From: Dehalococcoidia bacterium
Lineage (GTDB): Bacteria; Chloroflexota; Dehalococcoidia; UBA2979
Assembly: GCA_965249675.1 (NCBI GenBank)
Contig: OZ252250.1
Location: forward strand, 644,731-708,730
Length of the DNA: 64,000 bases
Direction: 5' to 3'
Shown here: piece by piece, positions 30,524 to 39,527 of the stretch
Position numbering within the stretch: the stretch's first letter is position 1
How the letters are laid out: each line of letters opens with the position of its first letter
Notes under the pieces: generated by a model
What the model was told of the DNA's origin: nothing
Databases searched by the model: none
The model's input: the letters and a program-made list of their open reading frames with translations, nothing else
Position numbers and translations under genes: made by a program

Positions 30524-32188
30524 CTAGTGAGCAGCGCTCGTCAACCAACCAAACTTCTGCGGTTTCCGCTTGGCATCGGCGGCGATCGGCACGTTGATCA
30601 GGGATGGTCGGTCAAGCGTGAGCGCCTCGGCCAGCGCGGCATCGAGCTCCTCGATCGTTTCGGCGTTGTAGCCGACGCCTCCCAGGCCCTCCATCATCAC
30701 GTCGTAGCGGGCGGCCGGATTCATCGCACCGGGCGGCACCATACCGCTGTCGATCTGCTCCTGAGTGTGGCCACCAATCCCGCCGTTGTTGAAGACGACC
30801 CAGACGATCGGCAGGCCGTAGCGGACGGCCACCTCGCACTCGGTGCCGGCGAAGCCGAATGCCGCGTCCCCCTGCAGGCAGAGGATCTTGCGATCCGGGT
30901 GCTCAACGGCCGCCGCCACGGCGAAACCGTGTCCCAGACCCATAGACCCGAACGAACCGGCGTCGAGACGCGTGCGCGCCTCGTAGTTGTTGAGCACCGT
31001 CCTGCTGATGTCCATCGTCGAAGCGCCCTCGGCAACGATGATCGCATCGTTCGGTAGCGCATTGTCGATCGACTTCAGGGCGGGGTAGTACTGCAGCGGT
31101 GTCGAGTGATCGGCGTACATCGCCTCGATCGCCTCGGCGTTCTGGCGAGCCTCGGCCCTGACGGAGTTGAGCCACTCAGAGTCCTGCGGGAACTGCCACG
31201 GCTCCTCATCAAGGGCATCGAGCAGCTGCCCGAGCGTCGCCCTGGCGTCGCCAATCATCGCCACCTCGGAGGGGACGTTGACGCCGATCTCCTCGGGGTT
31301 GAAGTCGAGCTGCACGACCCGCACATCCGCGCGGAAGCGCGGCGGCAACCCGAAGTGCAACATCCAGTTGAGCCGGGCGCCGGCCAGGAAGATCAGGTCG
31401 GCGTTGGAGAGCACGAACGATCGCGCCGCTGCGGCCGCCTGCTCGTGGTCGTCCGGGAGAATGCCCTTGGCCATCGGCATCGCCAGGTAGGGGATGCCGG
31501 TCGCCTCGACGAAGCGGCGCATCTCGGCCTCGGCGCGTGAGGCGGCGATCCCCTTACCGATGATAATCAGCGGCTGTTCGGCGCTCTTCAGTGACTCGAG
31601 CGCCGCCTGCACGTCGCTGGGATCGGACATCAGCCGACTGGCGTCGGGCACGCGCGGCGCCCACTGGACGTCCTCCTCCTCCACCTGGCCAGTGATGACG
31701 TCACCGGGCAGATCGAGGTAGGCGGGCCCCGGAACACCCATGAGGGCCTTCTTGACGGCCTCAGCGATGTAGATCGGGAGGCGCTCGACCGACTCCGCTC
31801 GCTTGGCGTACTTGGCATACGGCGCCATCGCCGCCACCTGCTCGGCCTCCTGAAAGAAGCCCATGTCGACACCGCTCTGCTCACCGGCGCCGCCGAGCAA
31901 GAGCAGCGGCCAGCGGTTCGACCAGGCGTTGGCGAAGGCGGCGACCGCGTTCAGGGCGCCCGGGCCGGAGACCAGGAGTGCCGCGCCGATGCGGCCGGAG
32001 ATGTAGGAGCTGGCCTGCGCAGCGTAGGTCGCCGGCATCTCGTGCCGCATCCCTACGTAGTTGATGCCCTCACGCTGGGCCGAGCCCGCGATGATGGCGA
32101 CGGGGATACCGACCACCCCGTACATGTTCTTGACACCCTGCGTCTTGAGCGCCTTCGCGATGATCTGGTGCCCGCTGATCTTGCCCAC
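30524..32188 (-). CDS. oxc: Oxalyl-CoA decarboxylase (ThDP-dependent)
   Basis: Full-length similarity to Oxc: N-terminal ThDP PYR domain (MYGVVGIPV...GPGALNAVAAFANA), ThDP binding (LQGDAAFGFAGTE...NNGGI), C-terminal YDVMMEGLGGVGY. GTG 32188 with GGGAGG RBS gives ~555 aa. Confidence 0.85.
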   Translation of the reverse strand: MGKISGHQIIAKALKTQGVKNMYGVVGIPVAIIAGSAQREGINYVGMRHEMPATYAAQASSYISGRIGAALLVSGPGALNAVAAFANAWSNRWPLLLLGGAGEQSGVDMGFFQEAEQVAAMAPYAKYAKRAESVERLPIYIAEAVKKALMGVPGPAYLDLPGDVITGQVEEEDVQWAPRVPDASRLMSDPSDVQAALESLKSAEQPLIIIGKGIAASRAEAEMRRFVEATGIPYLAMPMAKGILPDDHEQAAAAARSFVLSNADLIFLAGARLNWMLHFGLPPRFRADVRVVQLDFNPEEIGVNVPSEVAMIGDARATLGQLLDALDEEPWQFPQDSEWLNSVRAEARQNAEAIEAMYADHSTPLQYYPALKSIDNALPNDAIIVAEGASTMDISRTVLNNYEARTRLDAGSFGSMGLGHGFAVAAAVEHPDRKILCLQGDAAFGFAGTECEVAVRYGLPIVWVVFNNGGIGGHTQEQIDSGMVPPGAMNPAARYDVMMEGLGGVGYNAETIEELDAALAEALTLDRPSLINVPIAADAKRKPQKFGWLTSAAH

Positions 32189-32648
32189 TCTGCCTCCCAG
32201 TCTGCTGATGAATCTCGTCCAGGTAACCGTCACCCCAGCTCGGGTCGGCACGCACGATGCTGATGATACACGTCCGCCCCACTTCGCGCGGCCCCTGTCC
32301 GCTCTGGCGCGGACGCCGTATCGGCCCCGGCTTGAGGAACTCCGTCTGCGCCCCGGGGCGGGGCGCCGGCTCGCGTCGAGACGGGCATCCAGTCGCCCTG
32401 CTGGCCGCCGGCCCGGCTCGGCTGTGGAGGCTGTTGTCCTCGTTCTCCTTCTTCCTCCGTGCGCTCTGACTTGCGATCACTGCGCCCTGAGCCGGCTGGC
32501 GAGTACGCTACCGGGAGCGGTGCTGTCGATCGGCCACGAGGCCGGGTGGTGCGCACCGGCCGGAAGCGGAGGCCGCACCACTACCGCCCCGTGCCACCAA
32601 GAAGGAGCAAGGGGTCGGGCGGACGACAGCCACAGTGGGAGTGTGCCA

Positions 32649-33869
32649 ATGGCCCGTCCGGACCTTGACCCGCCGAGCGGCGAGGGAGAGCCGCGCTCGG
32701 CCCTGAGCGGCATCCGCATCTTGGACTTCACCCGCTACCAGCAGGGTCCGTTCGCGACGATGCTGCTCGCCGAGATGGGCGCCGAGGTGATCAAGGTGGA
32801 GGAGCCCGGGGGAGAGCCCGGCCGCGCCAACGGGCGGGACGCGAGCGGGTTCTCCGCCTACTTCGAGGGATACAACCGCAGCAAGAAGTCGATGACGCTG
32901 AACCTGCGCACCGATCGAGCGCGCGATGTTGTCCGCCGCCTCGTCCCGAGCTGCGACGCCATCGTCGAGAACTTCCGACCCGGCCAAATGGAGCGCTGGG
33001 GCCTCGGCTACGAGGATCTGCGCGAACTGCACCCCACCATCATTGTCGGCTCCGGCTCCTCGTGGGGACGCCACGGGCCGTGGGCCAACCGACCGGGCTA
33101 CGACCACGTCGGGCAGGCACTGAGCGGCATCATGTACGAGCAGGGCGAGGGGCCGGGCGGCGAACCGCACGCCCTGGTCGGGGGGTTTGCCGACCAGATC
33201 GGGGCGATGCTGCTCGCCTTCGGCGTCAGTACAGCGATCGTCGCTCGCGAGCGGTTCGGGGTCGGTCAGCACGTCGATGTGTCGCTGATCGGCGGGATGA
33301 CGGCGCTCCAGTCGATGCAGTTCACGCGCTACTTCCGGACCGCCTTCCAGAGCGGCTTTCAGCGGCGCCGGGCCGCCACCTACACCAACTACGAGTGCCA
33401 GGACGGCGGGCACATCGCCATCGCCGCCAACACACAGCGGTTCTGGGAGCGTCTCTGCGAGGCGATCGGACACCCGGAACTGCGGACGGATCCGCGGTTC
33501 TCGAACCCATTCGGGCGCGCCGAACACAAGGACGAACTGGTCGCGACGCTCGGGTCGATCTTCCTCGAGCGGCCACTGGCGGACTGGCTCGAGCCGATCA
33601 GCTCGGCGGATGTCCCGAACGCCCCGGTGCTCGACTACGCGGGCGTGACCGAACATCCCCAGTTCTGGGCGAACGACTACTTCCAGGAGATCACCCACGC
33701 CCAGCTCGGTCCGATGCGTGTCCCCGGTCCCCCCGTGCAGATGAGCGAGACCCCGCCCCAGATCAGGGGCGGCAGCCCTGAACTGGGTATGCACACCGAG
33801 GAACTCCTGCTCGAGGCGGGCTACGACTGGCCAGAGATCAGCGAGCTCCGCGACGGCGGGGCGATCTAG
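32649..33869 (+). CDS. CoA-transferase family III, divergent from oxc (candidate formyl-CoA:oxalate CoA-transferase, Frc/YfdW-like)
   Basis: LSGIRILDFTRYQQGPFATMLLAEMGAEVIKVE family III motif. ATG 32649 after a GGGAG RBS. ~400 bp shared divergent leader with oxc. The 5' extension in the ORF track is rejected. Confidence 0.8.
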   Translation: MARPDLDPPSGEGEPRSALSGIRILDFTRYQQGPFATMLLAEMGAEVIKVEEPGGEPGRANGRDASGFSAYFEGYNRSKKSMTLNLRTDRARDVVRRLVPSCDAIVENFRPGQMERWGLGYEDLRELHPTIIVGSGSSWGRHGPWANRPGYDHVGQALSGIMYEQGEGPGGEPHALVGGFADQIGAMLLAFGVSTAIVARERFGVGQHVDVSLIGGMTALQSMQFTRYFRTAFQSGFQRRRAATYTNYECQDGGHIAIAANTQRFWERLCEAIGHPELRTDPRFSNPFGRAEHKDELVATLGSIFLERPLADWLEPISSADVPNAPVLDYAGVTEHPQFWANDYFQEITHAQLGPMRVPGPPVQMSETPPQIRGGSPELGMHTEELLLEAGYDWPEISELRDGGAI

Positions 33870-33871
33870 CG

Positions 33872-34531
33872 GTGGCGACACCCCGAATCGACATCGTCGT
33901 CTTTGATCTGGGCGGGGTCCTCGTCGAGATCGCGAGGGACTGGCGCGAGGCTCACTCCCTGGCCGGCCTCGGGCCGGGCCATCCAGGCCTCGCCTCGGCG
34001 GCCTTCCACGAGCACGGCCCAAAGCTGGCCGATGCCCATCAGCGCGGCGAGATGACGCCCCCCGAGTGGGCTCGTGCCATCTCCCAGGCCTCCGGGGGTG
34101 CCTACAGCGAGGCCGAGGCGATCAGCATCCTCGATGCCTGGACCATCCGCGAGTACCCGGGCATCGTGAACGTCATTGACGCGATCCACGACGCGGGCCT
34201 GGCCACCGCCGCGCTCTCCAACACCAATGCCCGCCACTGGGAGCTGCTCGGCGTGACCGGCGGAGACTTCAGAAACTACCCGACGCTCCAGCGGATCGGG
34301 CAGCTCCATGCCAGCCACGTGCTCGGGGCGATCAAGCCCGACCGCGAGATCTTCGAGGCCTTCACCGGCGCTGCCGGCCTCGGGCGAGCGAGGGTCCTCT
34401 TCTTCGACGACCTCTCACCCAATGTCACAGCGGCAAGGCGTTACGGCTGGGCCGCCCGCCAGATCAACCACCTGGGCGACCCGGCGGCGCAGATGATGGC
34501 CGCCCTCAGGCAGCACCGGATCGTCGACTAG
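33872..34531 (+). CDS. HAD-superfamily hydrolase (subfamily IA-like)
   Basis: Motif I DIVVFDLGGVLV, motif IV FFDDLSPN. Starts 2 nt after the CoA-transferase stop. Confidence 0.75.
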   Translation: MATPRIDIVVFDLGGVLVEIARDWREAHSLAGLGPGHPGLASAAFHEHGPKLADAHQRGEMTPPEWARAISQASGGAYSEAEAISILDAWTIREYPGIVNVIDAIHDAGLATAALSNTNARHWELLGVTGGDFRNYPTLQRIGQLHASHVLGAIKPDREIFEAFTGAAGLGRARVLFFDDLSPNVTAARRYGWAARQINHLGDPAAQMMAALRQHRIVD

Positions 34532-34553
34532 ACCCTCGGGCGACCGGCCGCGG

Positions 34554-36113
34554 CTACGGGCGTGTGCCCCTCGCCTTCGGACCGACGATCACCCCAAGCG
34601 AACGATAGACCAGCTCTACCCACTCGCAGAGCAGCGGTCTCGTATCACGAGGATCGATGATGTCCTCGATGTTGAACGCCTCGGCGGTCCGGAACGGAGA
34701 CCGCAGCGCGTTGAGGTTGGCCTCGATCTCCGCGCGACGCGCATCCGGATCCGGCGCCGCCTCGATGTCGCGCCGGTAGGCCGCCATCACACCACCCTCG
34801 ATCGGTAGCGAGCCCCAGTCTCCCGACGGCCAGGCAATCCGGTAGTTCCAGCGAGAGTGGTTCTGATGCCCGGCGCCCGCCACGCCGTAGGCGCGCCGCA
34901 CGACCACCGACGCCCATGGCACCACCGCCTGGTTGACGGCCGCCAGCGCGCGCACACCGCGGCGGGCGACACCGGACGACTCGGCAGCAGTGCCGAGCAT
35001 GAAGCCGGGTTGATCGACGAAGTTCACGACCGGCAGGTTGAAGGTGTCAAAGAGATCGACGAAGCGAGCGAACTTGTCTGAGGCCGCTCCGTCCATCGAC
35101 CCACCGAGTTTCGTCGGGTCGTTGGCCAGGATGCCGACCGGGCGGCCGCCGAAGCGCGCCAGGCCGACCACGAGCGACGGACCGAAGTGTCGCGCGATCT
35201 CGAAGAAGCTGTCGCGATCGACGATCAGCTCGAGTAGCTTGCGAATGTTGTGCGGGCGGCGACGGTCGCGCGGGATGACCGACAACAGCTCTTCCTCGCG
35301 ACGGTCGGCCGGGTCGGAGGCGTCGCCCACGGGCGGCAGTTCCCATGCGTTGGATGGCAGGTAGGAGAGGAACTGCCGGATCTGCTCGAACGCCTCCTCC
35401 TCGCTGTCGACCTCGTTGTCGACCACACCACTCCCGTGCGCATGAATCTGAGAGCCGCCCAGTTCCTCTTTCCCGATCGGCTTGCTGAAGGCGCGCTCGA
35501 CAACGGGCGGTCCGGCGATGAAGACCTGCGAGTTCCCCTTGATCATGATCGAGAAGTGACTGGCCGCCACCCGCGCCGCGCCGATCCCGGCAATCGACCC
35601 CAGCGCCGTCGCGATCATCGGAATCTCGGACATTGCGTTCACCAGCGTGTCCCAGTTGGTATTCCCGGGGATGTAGGTCCGCCCGATGTCCTCGATCGTC
35701 TTCACCGACCCGCCGCCGCCGGTGCCGTCCACCAGCCGAATCACCGGGACTCGCAGCTCGCGTGCCATCCGCTCGGCGTGGCCGGCCTTGCCGCCGACCG
35801 CCCCGTCGGCTGCTCCACCGCGCACGGTGAAATCATCGCCACCGGCCACCACCGGCCGGCCGTCGATCTTCGCGACGCCCATCACGTAGTTGGAGGGGAT
35901 GAAGTCGCTCAGCGAGCCGTCTTCGTCATAGGTCGCTTTTCCGGCCAGCACCCCGCGCTCACGGAACGTGTCACGGTCGACGAGGAGCTCCATCCGCTCG
36001 CGCACCGTCAGGTGACCGCGATCGCGGTGACGCTGCACGCGATCGGGGCTACCCATGCGGTGGGCGATCTCGCGCCGTCGTTCGAGTTCGTCGACCTCAG
36101 CCTGCCAGACCAT
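34554..36113 (-). CDS. Acyl-CoA carboxylase carboxyltransferase subunit (PccB/AccD5/transcarboxylase 12S-like)
   Basis: Two crotonase-like CT halves (GGSMDGAASDKFARFVDLFDTFNLPVVNFVDQPGFMLG and the N-terminal GRPVVAGGDDFTVRGG). 519 aa. Confidence 0.9.
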   Translation of the reverse strand: MVWQAEVDELERRREIAHRMGSPDRVQRHRDRGHLTVRERMELLVDRDTFRERGVLAGKATYDEDGSLSDFIPSNYVMGVAKIDGRPVVAGGDDFTVRGGAADGAVGGKAGHAERMARELRVPVIRLVDGTGGGGSVKTIEDIGRTYIPGNTNWDTLVNAMSEIPMIATALGSIAGIGAARVAASHFSIMIKGNSQVFIAGPPVVERAFSKPIGKEELGGSQIHAHGSGVVDNEVDSEEEAFEQIRQFLSYLPSNAWELPPVGDASDPADRREEELLSVIPRDRRRPHNIRKLLELIVDRDSFFEIARHFGPSLVVGLARFGGRPVGILANDPTKLGGSMDGAASDKFARFVDLFDTFNLPVVNFVDQPGFMLGTAAESSGVARRGVRALAAVNQAVVPWASVVVRRAYGVAGAGHQNHSRWNYRIAWPSGDWGSLPIEGGVMAAYRRDIEAAPDPDARRAEIEANLNALRSPFRTAEAFNIEDIIDPRDTRPLLCEWVELVYRSLGVIVGPKARGTRP

Positions 36114-36262
36114 CGCGACCCCCTACGGGCAACACCCCGCCCTGCCAACATCGTACCCGCTTGTACAGCGCGTTAACAACTCAGGACACTAGCGGCATCG
36201 GTATGCCACCTGTACCTGAGGTCTCGGTCGTCGTGCGCTGCCCGACCGAAGGGGCGGCTTGC

Positions 36263-36490
36263 CTAGTCGGGACGATCGAGGCGAACGAGCAGCCCGCCTT
36301 CGTCCACGTAATCGTCCACGGCGACGGAGATCTCGGCGACCGTACCTGCCGCCGGCGCCTCGACCGGAGTCAGCATCTTCATCGACTCCAGTGTGACCAG
36401 CTCATCGCCGTCGGCAACGACGGCTCCGGCGGTGACGTGGATCTCGGCCACCCGGCCCGGCCACTCCGCGACTACCTCGATCGTTGCCAT
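36263..36490 (-). CDS. Biotin carboxyl carrier / biotinyl-domain protein (75 aa)
   Basis: Biotin attachment motif ESMKM in a lipoyl/biotinyl hybrid fold. Immediately upstream of the carboxyltransferase on the same strand. Confidence 0.8.
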   Translation of the reverse strand: MATIEVVAEWPGRVAEIHVTAGAVVADGDELVTLESMKMLTPVEAPAAGTVAEISVAVDDYVDEGGLLVRLDRPD

Positions 36491-36634
36491 GCTGCCTCCA
36501 TTGACCAGGCCGGACGGACGAACCCGCCGGTACCTTCTCAGCGCGGCGCCCGCAACGTCAAGATGAGCGAACGGGGTCGGGGGACCGCGCCGGCCGCGCG
36601 GCTGTCAGCGGCGCAGGAGGCGGGGGCGCGGCCG

Positions 36635-37030
36635 TCAGCCGCCCAGCACCACCTCGAGGGGCAAGGCGACAACTTCAGCGCCCCCAACGGTCAGCTTCGC
36701 CTCGTGTGGCCCGGCCGTCGTGAACTTCGCGTTCGCGATCTGCACGATGATGTTCGCCCGGGAGATCCCCGATGCCTCATCGGCGCGCACCTTGAACTCC
36801 CCCTGCACAAGGGGTGTCACCCGGCGTCCGTCGGGACCGATCAGCTCGATCGAGAACGACTGCTGGTGGCTGTCCTCAAGGTCGAACGCGACTCTCGTTA
36901 CCAGCGCGAGCTGCGGGTGGGCTTGTGGTAGCTCGCGAACGACGACCCGATCGATACCGATGCCGAGCGCGTTGAGCTTGCCGCCAGCCTCGGTCGCCGC
37001 GTCAGAGAGGAAGGCGAAGTCGATCTTCAT
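36635..37030 (-). CDS. Hypothetical protein (131 aa)
   Basis: Clean ORF between the TlpA-like gene and the biotin carrier gene on the same strand. No recognisable motif. Confidence 0.4.
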   Translation of the reverse strand: MKIDFAFLSDAATEAGGKLNALGIGIDRVVVRELPQAHPQLALVTRVAFDLEDSHQQSFSIELIGPDGRRVTPLVQGEFKVRADEASGISRANIIVQIANAKFTTAGPHEAKLTVGGAEVVALPLEVVLGG

Positions 37031-37063
37031 CTGATCCCGCCCCTCCTCGGCTCTCCGCTCGGC

Positions 37064-37639
37064 CTATGTGCCCCCGGCAAGCGCCACGCCGGCCTGGAGC
37101 TGCTCCAGTTCGAGTGGGCCCAGCACCTGAGACCGTAGCACCCCCTCGGCGTCGACGAAGAGGGTCACCGGCAGCCCCGGCAGCCCGTACCGCTCGTAGA
37201 CCTCGCCGTCCGGGTCGAGTGCAACCGTGAAGGTGAGCTTCGTCTGCTTGAGGAACTGCCGCACCCGTTGAGGGTCGTCCCGCCAGTTGACCGCCAGGAT
37301 GATCAGGTCGCCCTGGCCACCTTCGGCCTGCCAGAAGCTCTCGAAGATCGGCAGCTCGGTCAGGCACGGCTCGCACCACTCCGCCCAGAAGTTCAAGACC
37401 ACCGTCTGGCCGCGGAAGTCGGAGAGCCGAACCTCCGCTCCGTCGGGTGCCCCGAGCGTGAAGTCGGGCAGGGGTCGCCCGACTTCGATCACGATCTGCC
37501 GCTCGGCCGCCGCGATCGCCGCCCGTTCGGGAGTCCGCTCTTCCTCAAGAGGCCATCCACGCCAGACGAGGAGGACCGCTAGCGCCACCAGCAGCGCGGC
37601 TGTGGCGAGTAGCGGCGGGATCGCGGCATGGACTCTCAC
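37064..37639 (-). CDS. TlpA/ResA-family thiol-disulfide oxidoreductase (membrane-anchored thioredoxin-like)
   Basis: N-terminal TM anchor and canonical VVLNFWAEWCEPC...GLPVTLFVD thioredoxin-fold motifs. Confidence 0.85.
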   Translation of the reverse strand: MRVHAAIPPLLATAALLVALAVLLVWRGWPLEEERTPERAAIAAAERQIVIEVGRPLPDFTLGAPDGAEVRLSDFRGQTVVLNFWAEWCEPCLTELPIFESFWQAEGGQGDLIILAVNWRDDPQRVRQFLKQTKLTFTVALDPDGEVYERYGLPGLPVTLFVDAEGVLRSQVLGPLELEQLQAGVALAGGT

Positions 37640-37720
37640 GCGGCCGGCCTCCTCCGCGATCCTACGGTCCGAGCGGTTGCCCGGCTACCATCAACCGGTG
37701 CTCGCCGGTAACCTCAACAG

Positions 37721-38539
37721 GTGCCAGATACTCCCGATCTCAACGCCCATCGCGACGCCCTCGACCGGGCCGCCGACCTCCTCGTCGCCGCCCGGCGCAC
37801 GGTCGTTCTCGCCGGCGCCGGCATGTCCAAGGAGTCCGGAATCCCGACGTTTCGTGGGGAGGGGGGGCTGTGGACGATCCACGGTGAGCCCCCGCTCAAC
37901 CAGTACGACACCTTCCAGGACGACCCCAAGCGCTGGTGGGAACGACGGCTGGAAGAGGGACGGAACGACGACTTCGCCCGGGCGCTCGAGAGCTCGGAGC
38001 CCAACCCCGGGCACATCGCTCTGGCGGAGCTTGAGCGGATGGGCATCGTCTCGCACCTGATCACGCAGAACATCGACGACCTGCACAGGCGGGCCGGGCA
38101 GACCTCGATCACCGAGATCCACGGCAACCGCTACTGGCTCCGCTGCGTAGGCTGTGAGCAACGCTGGCCGCGGCAGGAGTTCCCGATCGATGAACAGGCG
38201 CTGCCGCCGACCTGTGATCGCTGCTCTGAGGTCGTCAAGAGTGACACCGTGATGTTCGGCGAACCGATCCCGCCGTCCGCACTGAGCCGCTCATCTCTCG
38301 AGACGGCGATGGCTGACCTCTTCATGACGATCGGCACCTCGGCGGTGGTCTACCCGGCAGCCCAGTATCCGGTCGATGCGCTGAGACGGGGTGTGCCGCT
38401 GATCGAGGTGAACCCCGAGCCCACACCGCTGACCGAGTTCGCAACCGTCGTCGTAGCAGCCCCATCGGGGCAGGCACTGCCGGAGATCGTCTCGCGAGTG
38501 GTCGCCCGCCGCCGGGCCGACGACGGGCTCGGAGGCTGA
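37721..38539 (+). CDS. cobB: NAD-dependent protein deacylase, Sir2 family (CobB-like sirtuin with Zn ribbon)
   Basis: GAGMSKESGIPTFRG, QNIDDLH, HGN, and a Cys4 zinc module (CVGCEQ...CDRCSE). Confidence 0.9.
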   Translation: MPDTPDLNAHRDALDRAADLLVAARRTVVLAGAGMSKESGIPTFRGEGGLWTIHGEPPLNQYDTFQDDPKRWWERRLEEGRNDDFARALESSEPNPGHIALAELERMGIVSHLITQNIDDLHRRAGQTSITEIHGNRYWLRCVGCEQRWPRQEFPIDEQALPPTCDRCSEVVKSDTVMFGEPIPPSALSRSSLETAMADLFMTIGTSAVVYPAAQYPVDALRRGVPLIEVNPEPTPLTEFATVVVAAPSGQALPEIVSRVVARRRADDGLGG

Positions 38540-38540
38540 G

Positions 38541-39494
38541 GTGCTGGGGATTCTGCTCGCCGTCGACGACGGGCTACTGCAGGTGATCCCGGGCGCCGAG
38601 CCCAAGCGATCGGTCGATGGGCCCCGCATGAGCCAGGTCGACTACCGGGATGGGCTCGCGATCGCCGCGGCGCCTGGAGAGGGTCTGTGGGTGTACGACG
38701 ACGAGCGCTGGGAGCAGCGCTGGAAGGGCGATCCGAGCTTCGCCCGGATCGCGCCGGGCGGCACCGTGTGGGTCGGAACGCACGGCGCCCAGCTCCATCT
38801 CTCCGAAGACCGGGGCCGCAACTGGCAGGAGATGGACGGGCTACAGAACGTCATCAAACACCGCCGCATCGGCATCCCCCTGGGGTACCGGCAACCCTAC
38901 GTGGCCGGCGTGATCTTCCCCAAGCTCGGTGCACTGATCGGGCTCGCCGGTGGTGGCGCATGGCACACGCGCGACGGTGGCCGCAGCTGGCTCGAGCGCT
39001 CAGACGGCCTCGATAGCATGCTTCACCAGCTGGCCGAGCACCCCGAGCAGGCCGATCGCCTCTTCGCCACCAGCGGTACCGGGGTCTACAGATCGGACGA
39101 CGGTGGCTTCAGCTGGGTGCAGTCCCTGGGTGGCCTCGATCGCTCGTGGGGTGGCTCACTGGCGATCCTGCCCGGTTCACCGGACGTCCTGCTGCTGGCC
39201 GCCGCCCGCCACCCGCCGGGAGCCGAGGGCGCCCTCTTCCGCTCCCCCAACGGCGGCGTCACGTGGGCCCGCGTGCAGCTCGGAGATCCGCCCTCCAGCC
39301 GCTCCTCAAGTGACCGCGGCGCCGGAGGCGACGAGTGGGAACGCATCCCCTGCGTGGCCCGCCTGTGGGATTCGGAGGATACCGCTTTCGCATCGGCCGG
39401 CAACACCGTCTGGGCCTCGCACGACACCGGCCGCAGCTGGACGCCGCTGGCGACGGGTCTCCCGCCCGCTAACGCGATCGTGGCGGCCCTCTAG
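38541..39494 (+). CDS. BNR/Asp-box repeat beta-propeller protein (Ycf48/sialidase-like)
   Basis: Repeated S-x-D-x-G-x-(T/S)-W motifs (SEDRGRNW, TRDGGRSW, SDDGGFSW, SPNGGVTW, SHDTGRSW). GTG start lies 2 nt after the sirtuin stop. Confidence 0.6.
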   Translation: MLGILLAVDDGLLQVIPGAEPKRSVDGPRMSQVDYRDGLAIAAAPGEGLWVYDDERWEQRWKGDPSFARIAPGGTVWVGTHGAQLHLSEDRGRNWQEMDGLQNVIKHRRIGIPLGYRQPYVAGVIFPKLGALIGLAGGGAWHTRDGGRSWLERSDGLDSMLHQLAEHPEQADRLFATSGTGVYRSDDGGFSWVQSLGGLDRSWGGSLAILPGSPDVLLLAAARHPPGAEGALFRSPNGGVTWARVQLGDPPSSRSSSDRGAGGDEWERIPCVARLWDSEDTAFASAGNTVWASHDTGRSWTPLATGLPPANAIVAAL

Positions 39495-39527
39495 TGCCGG
39501 CCGCCCGAAGCCGGAGAGGGGGCGCCT

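Noticed and set aside
32061-32648. 5' extension of the frc-like ORF (track start 32061)
   Set aside because: Antisense to the oxc N-terminus and its leader. ATG 32649 with a GGGAG RBS gives the canonical ~406-aa family III length.
32508-34022. 504-aa minus-strand ORF
   Set aside because: Antisense to the frc-like CoA-transferase and the HAD gene. Arg-rich junk.
36114-36262. AT-rich element cttgtacagcgcgttaacaact between the biotin carrier and the carboxyltransferase as an operator palindrome
   Set aside because: Not actually palindromic on base-by-base check. More likely a weak internal promoter or spacer.
37721-38539. SIR2 domain as a Thoeris/DSR-type antiphage effector
   Set aside because: The protein is 272 aa with the Cys4 zinc ribbon and all classical deacylase motifs, which fits a housekeeping CobB-type sirtuin. 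No ThsB/TIR, HerA or pAgo partner nearby.
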